Source of the DNA: Macrostomum lignano
Lineage: Eukaryota
Direction: 5' to 3'
Length of the DNA: 64,000 nt
Assembly (NCBI GenBank): GCA_002269645.1
Contig: NIVC01000494.1
Coordinates: forward strand, 1-64,000
Of the stretch, positions 23,590 to 37,500 are shown in pieces. Below the pieces are notes generated by a model. That model worked only from the letters and a program-made list of their open reading frames with translations, was not told the origin of the DNA and did no database searches. Each line of letters starts with the position of its first letter. Within the stretch, counting starts at the first letter, position 1. A program made the translations under genes and the position numbers.

Positions 23590-24750
23590 AATAGTGGCGC
23601 CAGATACATCAGGAAATAATGGTGCCAGAAACACGGGAATAGTGGCGCCAGATACATCGAGGAATAATGGCGCCAGATACATCGGGGAATAATGGCGCCA
23701 GATACATCAGCGAATTGTGGCGCCAGATACATCAGCGAATAGTGGCGCCAGATACATCAGCGAATAGTGGCGCCAGATACATCAGTGAATATTGGTGCCA
23801 GATACATCGGGGAATAATGGCGCCAGATACATCGGGAATAATGGCGCCAGATACATCAGGGAATAATGGCGCCAGAAACATCAGGGAATAAAGGCGCCAG
23901 ATACATCGGGGAATAATGGCGCCAGATACATCGGGGAATAATGGCGCCAGATACATCGGGAATAATGGCGCCAGATACATCGGGGAATAATGGCGCCAGA
24001 AACATCGGGGAATAATGGCGCCAGATACATCAGCGAATAGTGGCGCCAGATACATCAGCGAATAGTGGCGCCAGATACATCAGCGAATAGTGGCGCCAGA
24101 TACATCAGCGAATAGTGGCGCCAGATACATCAGTGAATATTGGTGCCAGATACATCGGGGAATAATGGCGCCAGATACATCGGGGAATAATGGCGCCAGA
24201 TACATCGGGAATAATGGCGCCAGATACATCAGGGAATAATGGCGCCAGAAACATCAGGGAATAAAGGCGCCAGATACATCGGGGAATAATGGCGCCAGAT
24301 ACATCGGGAATAATGGCGCCAGATACATCGGGAATAATGGCGCCAGATACATCGGGGAATAATGGCGCCAGAAACATCAGGGAATAAAGGCGCCAGATAC
24401 ATCGGGGAATAATGGCGCCAGATACATCGGGAATAATGGCGCCAGATACATCAGGGAATAGTGGCGCCAGATACATCAGCGAATAGTGGCGCCAGAAACG
24501 TCAGGGAATAATGGCGCCAGATACATCAGGGAATAGTGGCGCCAGAAACGTCAGGGAATAATGGCGCCAGATACATCAGGGAAAAATGGCGCCAGATACA
24601 TCAGGGAATAGTGGCGCCAGATACATCAGGGAATAGTGGCGCCAGATACATCAGGGAATAGTGGCGCCAGATACATCAGCGAATAGTGGCGCCAGATAAA
24701 TCAGGGAATAATGGCGCCAGATACATCAGGGACTAATGGCGCCAGAAAAG
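23590..24750. repeat. 24-25-bp minisatellite, about 46 copies
   Basis: Unit ggcgccagatacatcggggaataat. Confidence 0.95.
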
Positions 24751-25210
24751 CACATAAAAGAGGTCCGAACTGTAATAATGTTATTTACAGGTACTTTCGA
24801 AGACAAGATACATCGGATTCCTAAAATGTTGCTAATAAATCTGCTGAGAAAACAGGCAGTCACTAGCGGTGACCCCACTTGACCTCATGGAGCTTTACTC
24901 GCCTCAGTCTCTGGCTTAAGAATGCCTCATTAGAACAAACCATTTGTTTAACCGTTTATTAGCGACGAAGGCTGTCGCATCTTGTTCACTTCGTATTTAT
25001 TATTTCTAAAGGGAGCTCTAGGCTTCTGGGCGGGTTTTGCTAGTCAGGGAATGAAAGCAGTCAGTAATTATATAGCAATCTTGCAGGATAACTATAATCT
25101 ATATAGTAAACTAGCATACGGTATGGTAATAATATTCCTATAGAAGAAGAAAAACACGGTAGACCCACTCTATTGAAGAATAATTTTTTCGCCAAGTGTT
25201 TCAACGAGTT

Positions 25211-25322
<112 letters not shown>

Positions 25323-25619
25323 TGTAATAAAATGGAAAATTCGAGTAAACAGCAGCTGCAGCATAAGATGTCGCTTAACGTTATTGACACGCAAGCGTTA
25401 AGAGGTGCTGCTGTGTTACGCAATCATTCTCTGCAAGATTTTCGTATTTCGATTTGGGTATGGGCGCTTTTAGCCTGCTCAACTGCTTCTGCATGCTTGA
25501 GTAGTTTTCTGGCTTGCTTGTTACTCACTGATTCTTCTCTTGCATGAAACTCGTAATTTTTAAAGAAACCTTGAAATTTTTTGTTCAATAAATTGAATAA
25601 ATTCTAACATGAAGCAGTG

Positions 25620-26945
25620 CAACCGGTTTCTAATGAGTTGGATTCGTCATTAGTGAGACCGGTTTCTAATGAGTTGGATTCTTCATTAGTGAGGCCGGTT
25701 TCTAATGAGTTGGATTCTTCATTAGTGAGGCCGGTTTCTAATGAGTTGGATTCTTCATTAGTGAGGCTGGTTTCTAATGAGTTGGATTCTTCATTAGTGA
25801 GGCCGGTTTCTAATGAGTTGGATTCTTCATTAGTGAGGCCGGTTTCTAATGAGTTGGATTCTTCATTAGTGAGACCGGTTTCTAATGAGTTGGATTCTTC
25901 ATTAGTGAGGCCGGTTTCTAATGAGTTGGATTCTTCATTAGTGAGGCTGGTTTCTAATGAGTTGGATTCTTCATTAGTGAGACCGGTTTCTAATGAGTTG
26001 GATTCTTCATTAGTGAGGCTGGTTTCTAATGAGTTGGATTCTTCATTAGTGAGACCGGTTTCTAATGAGTTGGATTCTTCATTAGTGAGGCTGGTTTCTA
26101 ATGAGTTGGATTCTTCATTAGTGAGACCGGTTTCTAATGAGTTGGATTCTTCATTAGTGAGGCTGGTTTCTAATGAGTTGGATTCTTCATCAGTGAGGCT
26201 GGTTTCTAATGAGTTGGATTCTTCATTAGTGAGACCGGTTTCTAATGAGTTGGATTCTTCATTAGTGAGACCGGTTTCTAATGAGTTGGATTCTTCATTA
26301 GTGAGGCTGGTTTCTAATGAGTTGGATTCTTCATTAGTGAGACCGGTTTCTAATGAGTTGGATTCTTCATTAGTGAGGCCGGTTTCTAATGAGTTGGATT
26401 CTTCATTAGTGAGACCGGTTTCTAATGAGTTGGATTCTTCATTAGTGAGACCGGTTTCTAATGAGTTGGATTCTTCATTAGTGAGGCTGGTTTCTAATGA
26501 GTTGGATTCTTCATTAGTGAGGCTGGTTTCTAATGAGTTGGATTCTTCATTAGTGAGGCTGGTTTCTAATGAGTTGGATTCTTCATTAGTGAGACCGGTT
26601 TCTAATGAGTTGGATTCTTCATTAGTGAGGCCGGTTTCTAATGAGTTGGATTCTTCATTAGTGAGGCTGGTTTCTAATGAGTTGGATTCTTCATTAGTGA
26701 GACCGGTTTCTAATGAGTTGGATTCTTCATTAGTGAGACCGGTTTCTAATGAGTTGGATTCTTCATCAGTGAGGCCGGTTTCTAATGAGTTGGATTCTTC
26801 ATCAGTGAGGCCGGTTTCTAATGAGTTGGATTCTTCATTAGTGAGACCGGTTTCTAATGAGTTGGATTCTTCATCAGTGAGGCCGGTTTCTAATGAGTTG
26901 GATTCTTCATCAGTGAGGCCGGTTTCTAATGAGTTGGATTCGTTA
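25620..26945. repeat. Highly homogeneous 36-bp minisatellite, about 37 copies
   Basis: Unit ccggtttctaatgagttggattcttcattagtgag(a/g). Confidence 0.97.
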
Positions 26946-27544
26946 GTTTGGAGTCTAACGAGTTTAATTCTTAGTCGGGAGATTCACATTTTACATATCG
27001 ATACACATATACGTCATGCATTTCATACACGCTACTGTTAACAGCAGGGGATTTATAATATAAATTCAACCAACAACAAATAACTAACCATATTTTGTTG
27101 CTTGTGTTTTTAATAATCATAAACTTCAGCATGTGAAGCTCAACTAACTGATTTAGAAAACTGAACTTGTTGTAACTTTATTTTAAAGCCACTTGCAGCC
27201 GAAAATGTAAGAAATTTTCGTGCTTAAGGGTACAGTAGAGAGTGCAGACTATAGTAAACATCTATTTTTAGCATGGGAAAAAAAGACAGTTTAAGCGTTC
27301 AGCTACACGGCAGTAGGCTAGTGACTCACCATGCACCCATGCATTCAGCCCGGTTTAAGAATATGGCAGCGTGCCAATTTTGGGCATGGAGCTTCTTTAG
27401 TTGCCAACTAAGCTTTATAAGCTGCGTGTATGCGTTCACATCCTGGAGAAAGAATTATGATAAAAGTACACTGTATACGAATGCTGGTTCAAAAATGAGT
27501 TTACAATACATGGTACATGTAAACCATCCATGAAACAACAATTG

Positions 27545-29140
27545 AGAATCGCCCTTAAACCATCTATGAGAGTCGCCCTTAAACCATCTATGAGAGTCTC
27601 CCTTAAACCATCTACATGTACAGTATGAGAATCGGCCTAAAGCGTCTATGAGTAGAATCGCCTTAAATCCCTCAAGAATCGCCCTTAAACCCTCAATGAG
27701 AATCGCCCTTAAACCATATATGAGAGTCGCCCTTAAACCATCTATGAGAGTCGCCCTTAAACCATCTATGAGAATCGCCCTTAAACCATCTATGAGAGTC
27801 GCCCTTAAACCATCTATGAGAGTCGCCCTTAAACCATCTATGAGAATCGCCCTTAAACCATCTATGAGAGTCGCCCTTAAACCATCTATGAGAGTCGCCC
27901 TTAAACCATCTATGAGAGTCGCCCTTAAACCATCTATGAGAATCGCCCTTAAACCATCTATGAGAGTCGCCCTTAAACCATCTATGAGAATCGCCCTTAA
28001 ACCATCTATGAGAGTCGCCCTTAAACCATCTATGAGAATCGCCCTTAAACCATCTATGAGAGTCGCCCTTAAACCATCTATGAGAGTCGCCCTTAAACCA
28101 TCTATGAGAATCGCCCTTAAACCATCTATGAGAGTCGCCCTTAAACCATCTATGAGAGTCGCCCTTAAACCATCTATGAGAATCGCCCTTAAACCATCTA
28201 TGAGAGTCGCCCTTAAACCATCTATGAGAATCGCCCTTAAACCATCTATGAGAGTCGCCCTTAAACCATCTATGAGAATCGCCCTTAAACCATCTATGAG
28301 AGTCGCCCTTAAACCATCTATGAGAGTCGCCCTTAAACCATCTATGAGAATCGCCCTTAAACCATCTATGAGAGTCGCCCTTAAACCATCTATGAGAGTC
28401 GCCCTTAAACCATCTATGAGAGTCGCCCTTAAACCATCTATGAGAATCGCCCTTAAACCATCTATGAGAGTCGCCCTTAAACCATCTATGAGAATCGCCC
28501 TTAAACCATCTATGAGAGTCGCCCTTAAACCATCTATGAGAGTCGCCCTTAAACCATCTATGAGAATCGCCCTTAAACCATCTATGAGAGTCGCCCTTAA
28601 ACCATCTATGAGAATCGCCCTTAAACCATCTATGAGAGTCGCCCTTAAACCATCTATGAGAGTCGCCCTTAAACCATCTATGAGAATCGCCCTTAAACCA
28701 TCTATGAGAATCGGCCCTAAAGCGTCTATGAGTAGAATCGCCCTAAATCCCTCAAGAATCGCCCTTAAACCCTCAATGAGAATCGCCCTTAAACCCTCAA
28801 TGAGAATCGCCCTAAATCCCTCAAGAATCGCCCTTAAACCCTCAATGAGAATCGCCCTAAATCCCTCAATGAGAATCGCCCTAAATCCCTCAAGAATCGC
28901 CCTTAAACCCTCAATGAGAATCGCCCTAAATCCCTCAATGAGAATCGCCCTTAAACCCTCAATGAGAATCGCCCTAAATCCCTCAATGAGAATCGCCCTA
29001 AATCCCTCAAGAATCGCCCTTAAACCCTCAATGAGAATCGCCCTAAATCCCTCAATGAGAATCGCCCTAAATCCCTCAAGAATCGCCCTAAATCCCTCAA
29101 TGAAAATCGCCCTAAAATCCCTCAATGAGAATCGCCCTTA
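27545..29140. repeat. 24-bp minisatellite with two sub-variants, about 66 copies
   Basis: Units aaaccatctatgagagtcgccctt and aaatccctca(at)gagaatcgccct. Confidence 0.97.
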
Positions 29141-29589
29141 GACCCTAAAGTCCATCCAGTTTTGACTACCAGGACTACCAGAAATCCTCTTGCAGTGCGT
29201 TCTTGGTTCAGAAAAGTTTAGCGGAAATGTACCGCATAAGATTGTAACAAATTTTCTTACAGCTGATATTTAATTAGGACTATGGACTGCTTTTTAGGGC
29301 CCTGCCCGGATCCCTAGAGATTTTGGAGCGTGCAATGAATTTTAAATCCATAAAGAAAAATTTCGTTCCTTGTATTCTTTTCTTTTTCTTTGCACAAAAA
29401 TCATAAAGTTGGTAATAAGATTTGCCCAAATTTTGGACCGTTAACTAATACCATTTCATACTTTAGTAATATTACGAGCGTATGAATGAATGTATGCCCT
29501 GCCTGGCAATATGGTGTACATACATGTAAGAACTTTATAATTGTATTTACATGTATGGGATGCGCCCTTTAAAAATATCATCGAAATGA

Positions 29590-30590
29590 AATCGGCCCTC
29601 AAATAAACCATTTCACAATAGAATCAGCCTTCAAATAGACCATTCACAATGGAATCGGCCTTCAACTGAAGACACCCATATTAGAATCTGCCTTTAAACC
29701 CCCCCCCCCCACAGTATAATCGGCCTTCAAATAGACCCCCCACAGTATTATCGGCCTTCAAATAGACCCCCCACAGTATAATCGGCCTTCAAATGGACCC
29801 CCTACAGTATAATCGGCCTTCAAATAGACTCCCCCATAATATAATCAACTTTCAAATAGACCCCCCACAGTATAATCGGCTTTCAAATAGACCCCCCCCC
29901 CCACAGTATAATCAGCCTTCAAATAGACCCCCCACCCTACAGTATAATCGGCCTTCAAAAAGACCCCCCACAGTATAATCGGCCTTCAAATGGACTCCCC
30001 CACAATATAATCGGCCTTCAAATAGACCCCCCCCACAGTATTATCGGCCTTCAAATAGACCCCCCACAGTATAATCGGCCTTCAAATAGACCCCCCCTAC
30101 AGTATAATCGGCCTTCAAATAGACCCCCCCCCCTACAGTATAATCGGCCTTCAAATAGACCCCCCCACAGTATAATCGGCCTTCAAATGGACCCCCTACA
30201 GTATAATCGGCCTTCAAATAGACCCCCCCTACAGTATAATCAGCCTTCAAATAGCAACCCCCCCCCTACAGTATAATCAGCCTTCAAAAAGACCCCCCCC
30301 CTACAGTATAATCGGCCTTCAAATAGACCCCCCCCACAGTATAATCGGCCTTCAAATGGACCCCCTACAGTATAATCGGCCTTCAAATAGACCCCCCCTA
30401 CAGTATAATCGGCCTTCAAATAGACCCCCCCACAGTATAATCGGCCTTCAAATGGACCCCCTACAGTATAATCGGCCTTCAAATAGACCCCCCCCCTACA
30501 GTATAATCAGCCTTCAAATAGCAACCCCCCCCTACAGTATAATCAGCCTTCAAAAAGACCCCCCCCCTACAGTATAATCGGCCTTCAAAA
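29590..30590. repeat. ~31-bp minisatellite with variable C-run, about 32 copies
   Basis: Unit cggccttcaaatagac(c)nacagtataat. Confidence 0.95.
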
Positions 30591-31524
30591 CGACAAAATA
30601 TAAAAACAAGGACAGTTAACAATCGTCATATTTCGCTATCACTCTGTCTAACTGAGCACGAATAGATTCGTCAGTGTTAGAAAAACAATTAAAACTTATG
30701 ACTGTTAAGCGTGTAATATTGGGGGTATATTTTTGAGGCGAGTGCTTATATTTTCATTAATTGATTTTTATTGTCAAACAATAGCGCATTTTATAACTGA
30801 GGGGGAGGAGGGGGGCAACAGAAACTGTGATGACATGCGGTGCATTAATTAGTAAAACAAAAAATCTGCCTTTTAATAATATACACATACGCTCGTTTAA
30901 GTTTGCCAAATCTAGAGCCGTTTAAAATTAAATTTAAGGTTTATTAAGTCTGGAGTAACACGCAAAAAGTAATAAACTTATACTTTTTACTAATTAGTTC
31001 GGTAAAGTTATGGTGACAGTGCCAATTAAATCTGAAAGCGTTGATAACAGAAAAACAAAATTATAACAATAATTAGGATTAACTTTATACTAAATAAGTT
31101 TCAAGCACAGGTTAAATTTTCTATTAAAATGAAATATAGGTGAGCGCAAAAGAATATAATAACTCACAACTACAATATTTATGCTGGCAATAATAGTTTT
31201 AGCAATTAAAAAACAAAAATTAGTAGATATTAAACTTATGTAAGATACACAATGAGGCAATGGTATACTGCTGGTATAAATATATGTATATATAGTTATT
31301 TAGAACCGTGCAGCAAAAAAAACAATAAAATATTGGTAACCCACCCCAGATATTTGAGATATTTTTATTAAAAAACAAAAATGATTCCAGGAATCGCTGA
31401 CTCTAGCTGGAGCCACGAACCCAATCCAGCGGATGGATAATCCGGATTTTTTAAAATTAAATGATTATCCGCCAAAAAAATCCACTGGCTAAACTGTTTC
31501 ACAGACGCTTAATAATTTTTTTAT

Positions 31525-31596
31525 TCACTTTGTCACGTCGGCCTCTTCATCAGATTCTTCTTCGGCTTGGTCCAACCAGTTGAGGAACTTGTTTAG
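31525..31596 (-). CDS. EIF4G2: eIF4G2 last coding exon (end of W2)
   Basis: attccag|LNKFLNWLDQAEEESDEEADVTK*; TGA overlaps AATAAA. Confidence 0.9.
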   Translation of the reverse strand, partial: LNKFLNWLDQAEEESDEEADVTK

Positions 31597-34500
31597 CTGG
31601 AATTGGGAGTTTATGGGAGATTCCATGGGTAGTTTATGGGAGATTCCATGGGTAGTTTATGGGAGATTCCATGGGTAGTTTATGGGAGATTCTATGGGTA
31701 TTTTATGAAAGATTTAAATGGGTAGTTTATTGGAAATTTTATGGGTAGCTTATGGGAGATTCTTTAGGTAGTTTATGGGAGATTCCATGGGTAGTTTATG
31801 GGAGATTCCATGGGTAGTTTATGGGAGATTCTATGGGTAGTTTATGGGAGATTCTATGGGTAGCTTATGGGAGATAATATGGGTAGTTTATGGGAGATTC
31901 TATGGGTAGTTTATGGGAGATTCTATGGGTAGTTTATGGGAGATTCTATGGGTAGTTTATGGGAGATTCTATGGGTAGTTTATGGGAGATTCTATGGGTA
32001 GTTTATTGGAGATTTCATGGGTAGTTTATGGGAGATTTCATGGGTAGTTTATGGGAGATCATATGGGTAGCTTATGGGAGATTCTATGGGTATTTTATGA
32101 AAAATTTAAATGGGTAGTTTATTGGAAATTTTATGGGTAGCTTATGGGAGATTCTATGGGTAGTTTATGGGAGATTCTATGGGTAGTTCATGGGAGATTC
32201 TATGGGTAACTTATGCGAGATTCCATGGGTAGTTTATTGGAGATTTTATGGGTAGTTTATGGGAGATTCTATGGGTAGCTTATTGGAGATTCTATGGGTA
32301 GTTTATGAGAGATTTAAATGGGTAGCTTATGGGAGATTCTATGGGTAGTTTATGGGAGATTCTATGGGTAGTTTATGGGAGATTCTATGGGTAGTTTATT
32401 GGAGATTTCATGGGTAGTTTATGGGAGATTTCATGGGTAGTTTATGGGAGATCATATGGGTAGCTTATGGGAGATTCTATGGGTAGTTTATGAGAGATTT
32501 AAATGGGTAGTTTATGGGAGATTCTATGGGTAGTTTATGGGAGATTCTATGGGTAGCTTATGGAAGATTCTATGGGTAGTTTATGGGAGATTCTATGAGT
32601 AGCTTATGGGAGATTCTATGGGTAGTTTATGGGAGATTCTATAGGTAGCTGATGGGAGATTCTATGGGTAGTTTATGGGAGATTCTATGGGTAGCTTATG
32701 GGAGATTATATGGGTAGTTTATGGGAGATTCTATGGGTAGCTTATGGGAGATTATATGGGTAGCTTATGGGAGATTCTATGGGTAGTTTATGGGAGATTC
32801 TATGGGTAGCTTATGGGATATTCTATGGGTAGTTTATGGGAGATTCTATGGATAGTTTATGGGAGATTCTATGGGTAGCTTATGGGATATTCTATGGGTA
32901 GTTTATGGGAGATTCTATGGATAGTTTATGGGAGATTCTATGGGTAGTTTATGGGAGATTCTATGGGTAGTTTATGGGAGATTCTATGGGTATTTTATGG
33001 GAGATTTTATGGGTAGTTTATGGGAGATCATATGGGTAGCTTATGGGAGATTCTATGGGTAGCTTATGGGAGATTCTATGGGTAGCTTATGGGAGATTCT
33101 AGGGGTAGTTTATTGGAGATTAGATAGGGGTAGTTTATTGAAGATTAGACTATCTCCCTTAGAAGAAAACAAAGCACCAACCTGAAACAGCGCCTTGCCC
33201 TTGTCCGGGAGATCATATGGGAGATCATATGGGTATCTTATGAGGGATTCTATGGGTAGTTTATGAGAGATCATATGGGTAGCTTATGGGAGATTCTATG
33301 GGTAGTTTATGAGAGATTTAAATGGGTAGTTTATGGGAGATTCTATGGGTAGTTTATGGGAGATTCTATGGGTAGCTTATGGAAGATTCTATGGGTAGTT
33401 TATGGGAGATTCTATGAGTAGCTTATGGGAGATTCTATGGGTAGTTTATGGGAGATTCTATAGGTAGCTGATGGGAGATTCTATGGGTAGTTTATGGGAG
33501 ATTCTATGGGTAGCTTATGGGAGATTATATGGGTAGTTTATGGGAGATTCTATGGGTAGCTTATGGGAGATTATATGGGTAGCTTATGGGAGATTCTATG
33601 GGTAGTTTATGGGAGATTCTATGGGTAGCTTATGGGATATTCTATGGGTAGTTTATGGGAGATTCTATGGATAGTTTATGGGAGATTCTATGGGTAGTTT
33701 ATGGGAGATTCTATGGGTAGTTTATGGGAGATTCTATGGGTAGTTTATGAAAGATTTAAATGGGTAGTTTATTGGAAATTTTATGGGTAGCTTATGGGAG
33801 ATTCTATGGGTAGTTTATGGGAGATTCTATGGGTAGTTTATGGGAGATTCTATGGGTAGTTTATGGGAGATTCTATGGGTAGTTTATTGGAGATTTTATG
33901 GGTAGTTTATGGAAGATTTCATGGGTAGTTTATGAAAGATCATATGGGTAGCTTATGGGAGATTCTATGGGTAGTTTATGAAAAATTTAAATGGGTAGCT
34001 TATGGGAGATTCTATGGGTAGTTTATGGGAGATTCTATGGGTAGTTTATGGGAGATTCTATGGGTAGTTTATGGGAGATTCTATGGGTAGTTTATGAGAG
34101 ATTTAAATGGGTAGCTTATGGGAGATTCTATGGGTAGTTTATGGGAGATTCTATGGATAGTTTATGGGAGATTCTATGGGTAGTTTATGGGAGATTCTAT
34201 GGGTAGTTTATGGGAGATTCTATGGGTAGCTTATGGGAGATTCTATGGGTAGCTTATGGGAGATTCTAGGGGTAGTTTATTGGAGATTAGATAGGGGTAG
34301 TTTATTGGAGATTAGACTATCTCCCTTAGAAGAAAACAAAGCACCAACCTGAAACAGCGCCTTGCCCTTGTCCGGGAGATCATATGGGAGATCATATGGG
34401 TATCTTATGGGAGATTCTATGGGTAGTTTATGAGAGATTTAAATGGGTAGTTTATGGGAGATTCTATGGGTAGTTTATGGGAGATTCTATGGGTAGCTAA

Positions 34501-37500
34501 TGGGAGATTCTATGGGTAGTTTATGGGAGATTCTATGAGTAGCTTATGGGAGATTCTATGGGTAGTTTATGGGAGATTCTATGGGTAGCTTATGGGAGAT
34601 TCTATGGGTAGTTTATGAGAGATTCTATGGGTAGCTTATGGGAGATTATATGGGTAGTTTATGGGAGATTCTATGGGTAGCTTATGGGAGATTATATGGG
34701 TAGTTTATGGGAGATTCTATGGGTAGTTTATGGGAGATTCTATGGGTAGCTTATGGGATATTCTATGGGTTGTTTATGAGAGATTCTATGGATAGTTTAT
34801 GGGAGATTCTATGGGTAGTTTATGGGAGATTCTATGGGTAGTTTATGGGAGATTCTATGGGTATTTTATGAAAGATTTAAATGGGTAGTTTATTGGAAAT
34901 TTTATGGGTAGCTTATGGGAGATTCTATGGGTAGTTTATGGGAGATTCTATGGGTAGTTTATGGGAGATTCTATGGGTAGTTTATGGGAGATTCTATGGG
35001 TAGTTTATTGGAGATTTCATGGGTAGTTTATGGGAGATTTCATGGGTAGTTTATGGGAGATCATATGGGTAGCTTATGGGAGATTCTATGGGTAGTTTAT
35101 GAAAAATTTAAATGGGTAGCTTATGGGAGATTCTATGGGTAGTTTATGGGAGATTCTATGGGTAGTTTATGGGAGATTCTATGGGTAGTTTATGAGAGAT
35201 TTAAATGGGTAGCTTATGGGAGATTCTATGGGTAGTTTATGGGAGATTCTATGGATAGTTTATGGGAGATTCTATGGGTAGTTTATGGGAGATTCTATGG
35301 GTAGTTTATGGGAGATTCTATGGGTAGCTTATGGGAGATTCTATGGGTAGCTTATGGGAGATTCTAGGGGTAGTTTATTGGAGATTAGATAGGGGTAGTT
35401 TATTGGAGATTAGACTATCTCCCTTAGAAGAAAACAAAGCACCAACCTGAAACAGCGCCTTGCCCTTGTCCGGAAGATCATATGGGAGATCATATGGGTA
35501 TCTTATGGGAGATTCTATGGGTAGTTTATGAGAGATTTAAATGGGTAGTTTATGGGAGATTCTATGGGTAGTTTATGGAAGATTCTATGGGTAGCTAATG
35601 GGAGATTCTATGGGTAGTTTATGGGAGATTCTATGAGTAGCTTATGGGAGATTCTATGGGTAGTTTATGGGAGATTCTATGGGTAGCTTATGGGAGATTC
35701 TATGGGTAGTTTATGGGAGATTCTATGGGTAGCTTATGGGAGATTATATGGGTAGTTTATGGGAGATTCTATGGGTAGCTTATGGGAGATTATATGGGTA
35801 GTTTATGGGAGATTCTATGGGTAGTTTATGGGAGATTCTATGGGTAGCTTATGGGATATTCTATGGGTTGTTTATGAGAGATTCTATGGATAGTTTATGG
35901 GAGATTCTATGGGTAGTTTATGGGAGATTCTATGGGTAGTTTATGGGAGATTCTATGGGTATTTTATGAAAGATTTAAATGGGTAGTTTATTGGAAATTT
36001 TATGGGTAGCTTATGGGAGATTCTATGGGTAGTTTATGGGAGATTCTATGGGTAGTTTATGGGAGATTCTATGGGTAGTTTATGGGAGATTCTATGGGTA
36101 GTTTATTGGAGATTTCATGGGTAGTTTATGGGAGATTTCATGGGTAGTTTATGGGAGATCATATGGGTAGCTTATGGGAGATTCTATGGGTAGTTTATGA
36201 AAAATTTAAATGGGTAGCTTATGGGAGATTCTATGGGTAGTTTATGGGAGATTCTATGGGTAGTTTATGGGAGATTCTATGGGTAGTTTATGAGAGATTT
36301 AAATGGGTAGCTTATGGGAGATTCTATGGGTAGTTTATGGGAGATTCTATGGATAGTTTATGGGAGATTCTATGGGTAGTTTATGGGAGATTCTATGGGT
36401 AGTTTATGGGAGATTCTATGGGTAGCTTATGGGAGATTCTATGGGTAGCTTATGGGAGATTCTAGGGGTAGTTTATTGGAGATTAGATAGGGGTAGTTTA
36501 TTGGAGATTAGACTATCTCCCTTAGAAGAAAACAAAGCACCAACCTGAAACAGCGCCTTGCCCTTGTCCGGGAGATCATATGGGAGATCATATGGGTAGC
36601 TTATGGGAGATTCTATGGGTAGTTTATGAGAGATCATATGGGTATCTTATGAGAGATTCTATGGGTAGTTTATGGGAGATTCTATGGGTAGCTTATGGGA
36701 GATTATATGGGTAGTTTATGGGAGATTCTATGGGTAGTTTATGGGAGATTCTATGGGTAGCTTATGGGATATTCTATGGGTAGTTTATGGGAGATTCTAT
36801 GGATAGTTTATGGGAGATTCTATGGGTAGTTTATGGGAGATTCTATGGGTAGTTTATGGGAGATTCTATGGGTATTTTATGAAAGATTTAAATGGGTAGT
36901 TTATTGGAAATTTTATGGGTAGCTTATGGGAGATTCTATGGGTAGTTTATGGGAGATTCTATGGGTAGTTTATGGGAGATTCTATGGGTAGTTTATGGGA
37001 GATTCTATGGTAGTTTATTGGAGATTTCATGGGTAGTTTATGGAAGATTTCATGGGTAGTTTATGAAAGATCATATGGGTAGCTTATGGGAGATTCTATG
37101 GGTAGTTTATGAAAAATTTAAATGGGTAGCTTATGGGAGATTCTATGGGTAGTTTATGGGAGATTCTATGGGTAGTTTATGGGAGATTCTATGGGTAGTT
37201 TATGGGAGATTCTATGGGTAGTTTATGAGAGATTTAAATGGGTAGCTTATGGGAGATTCTATGGGTAGTTTATGGGAGATTCTATGGATAGTTTATGGGA
37301 GATTCTATGGGTAGTTTATGGGAGATTCTATGGGTAGTTTATGGGAGATTCTATGGGTAGCTTATGGGAGATTCTATGGGTAGCTTATGGGAGATTCTAG
37401 GGGTAGTTTATTGGAGATTAGATAGGGGTAGTTTATTGGAGATTAGACTATCTCCCTTAGAAGAAAACAAAGCACCAACCTGAAACAGCGCCTTGCCCTT

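Noticed and set aside
25617-29141. 474-, 556- and 497-aa repeat ORFs
   Set aside because: Units of 36 and 24 bp are multiples of 3, so frames stay open by chance, including on both strands. There is no unique coding flank or splice context.
31519-31527. AATAAA overlapping the eIF4G2 stop codon as the polyA signal
   Set aside because: Cannot be distinguished from chance in AT-rich sequence without 3'-end data.
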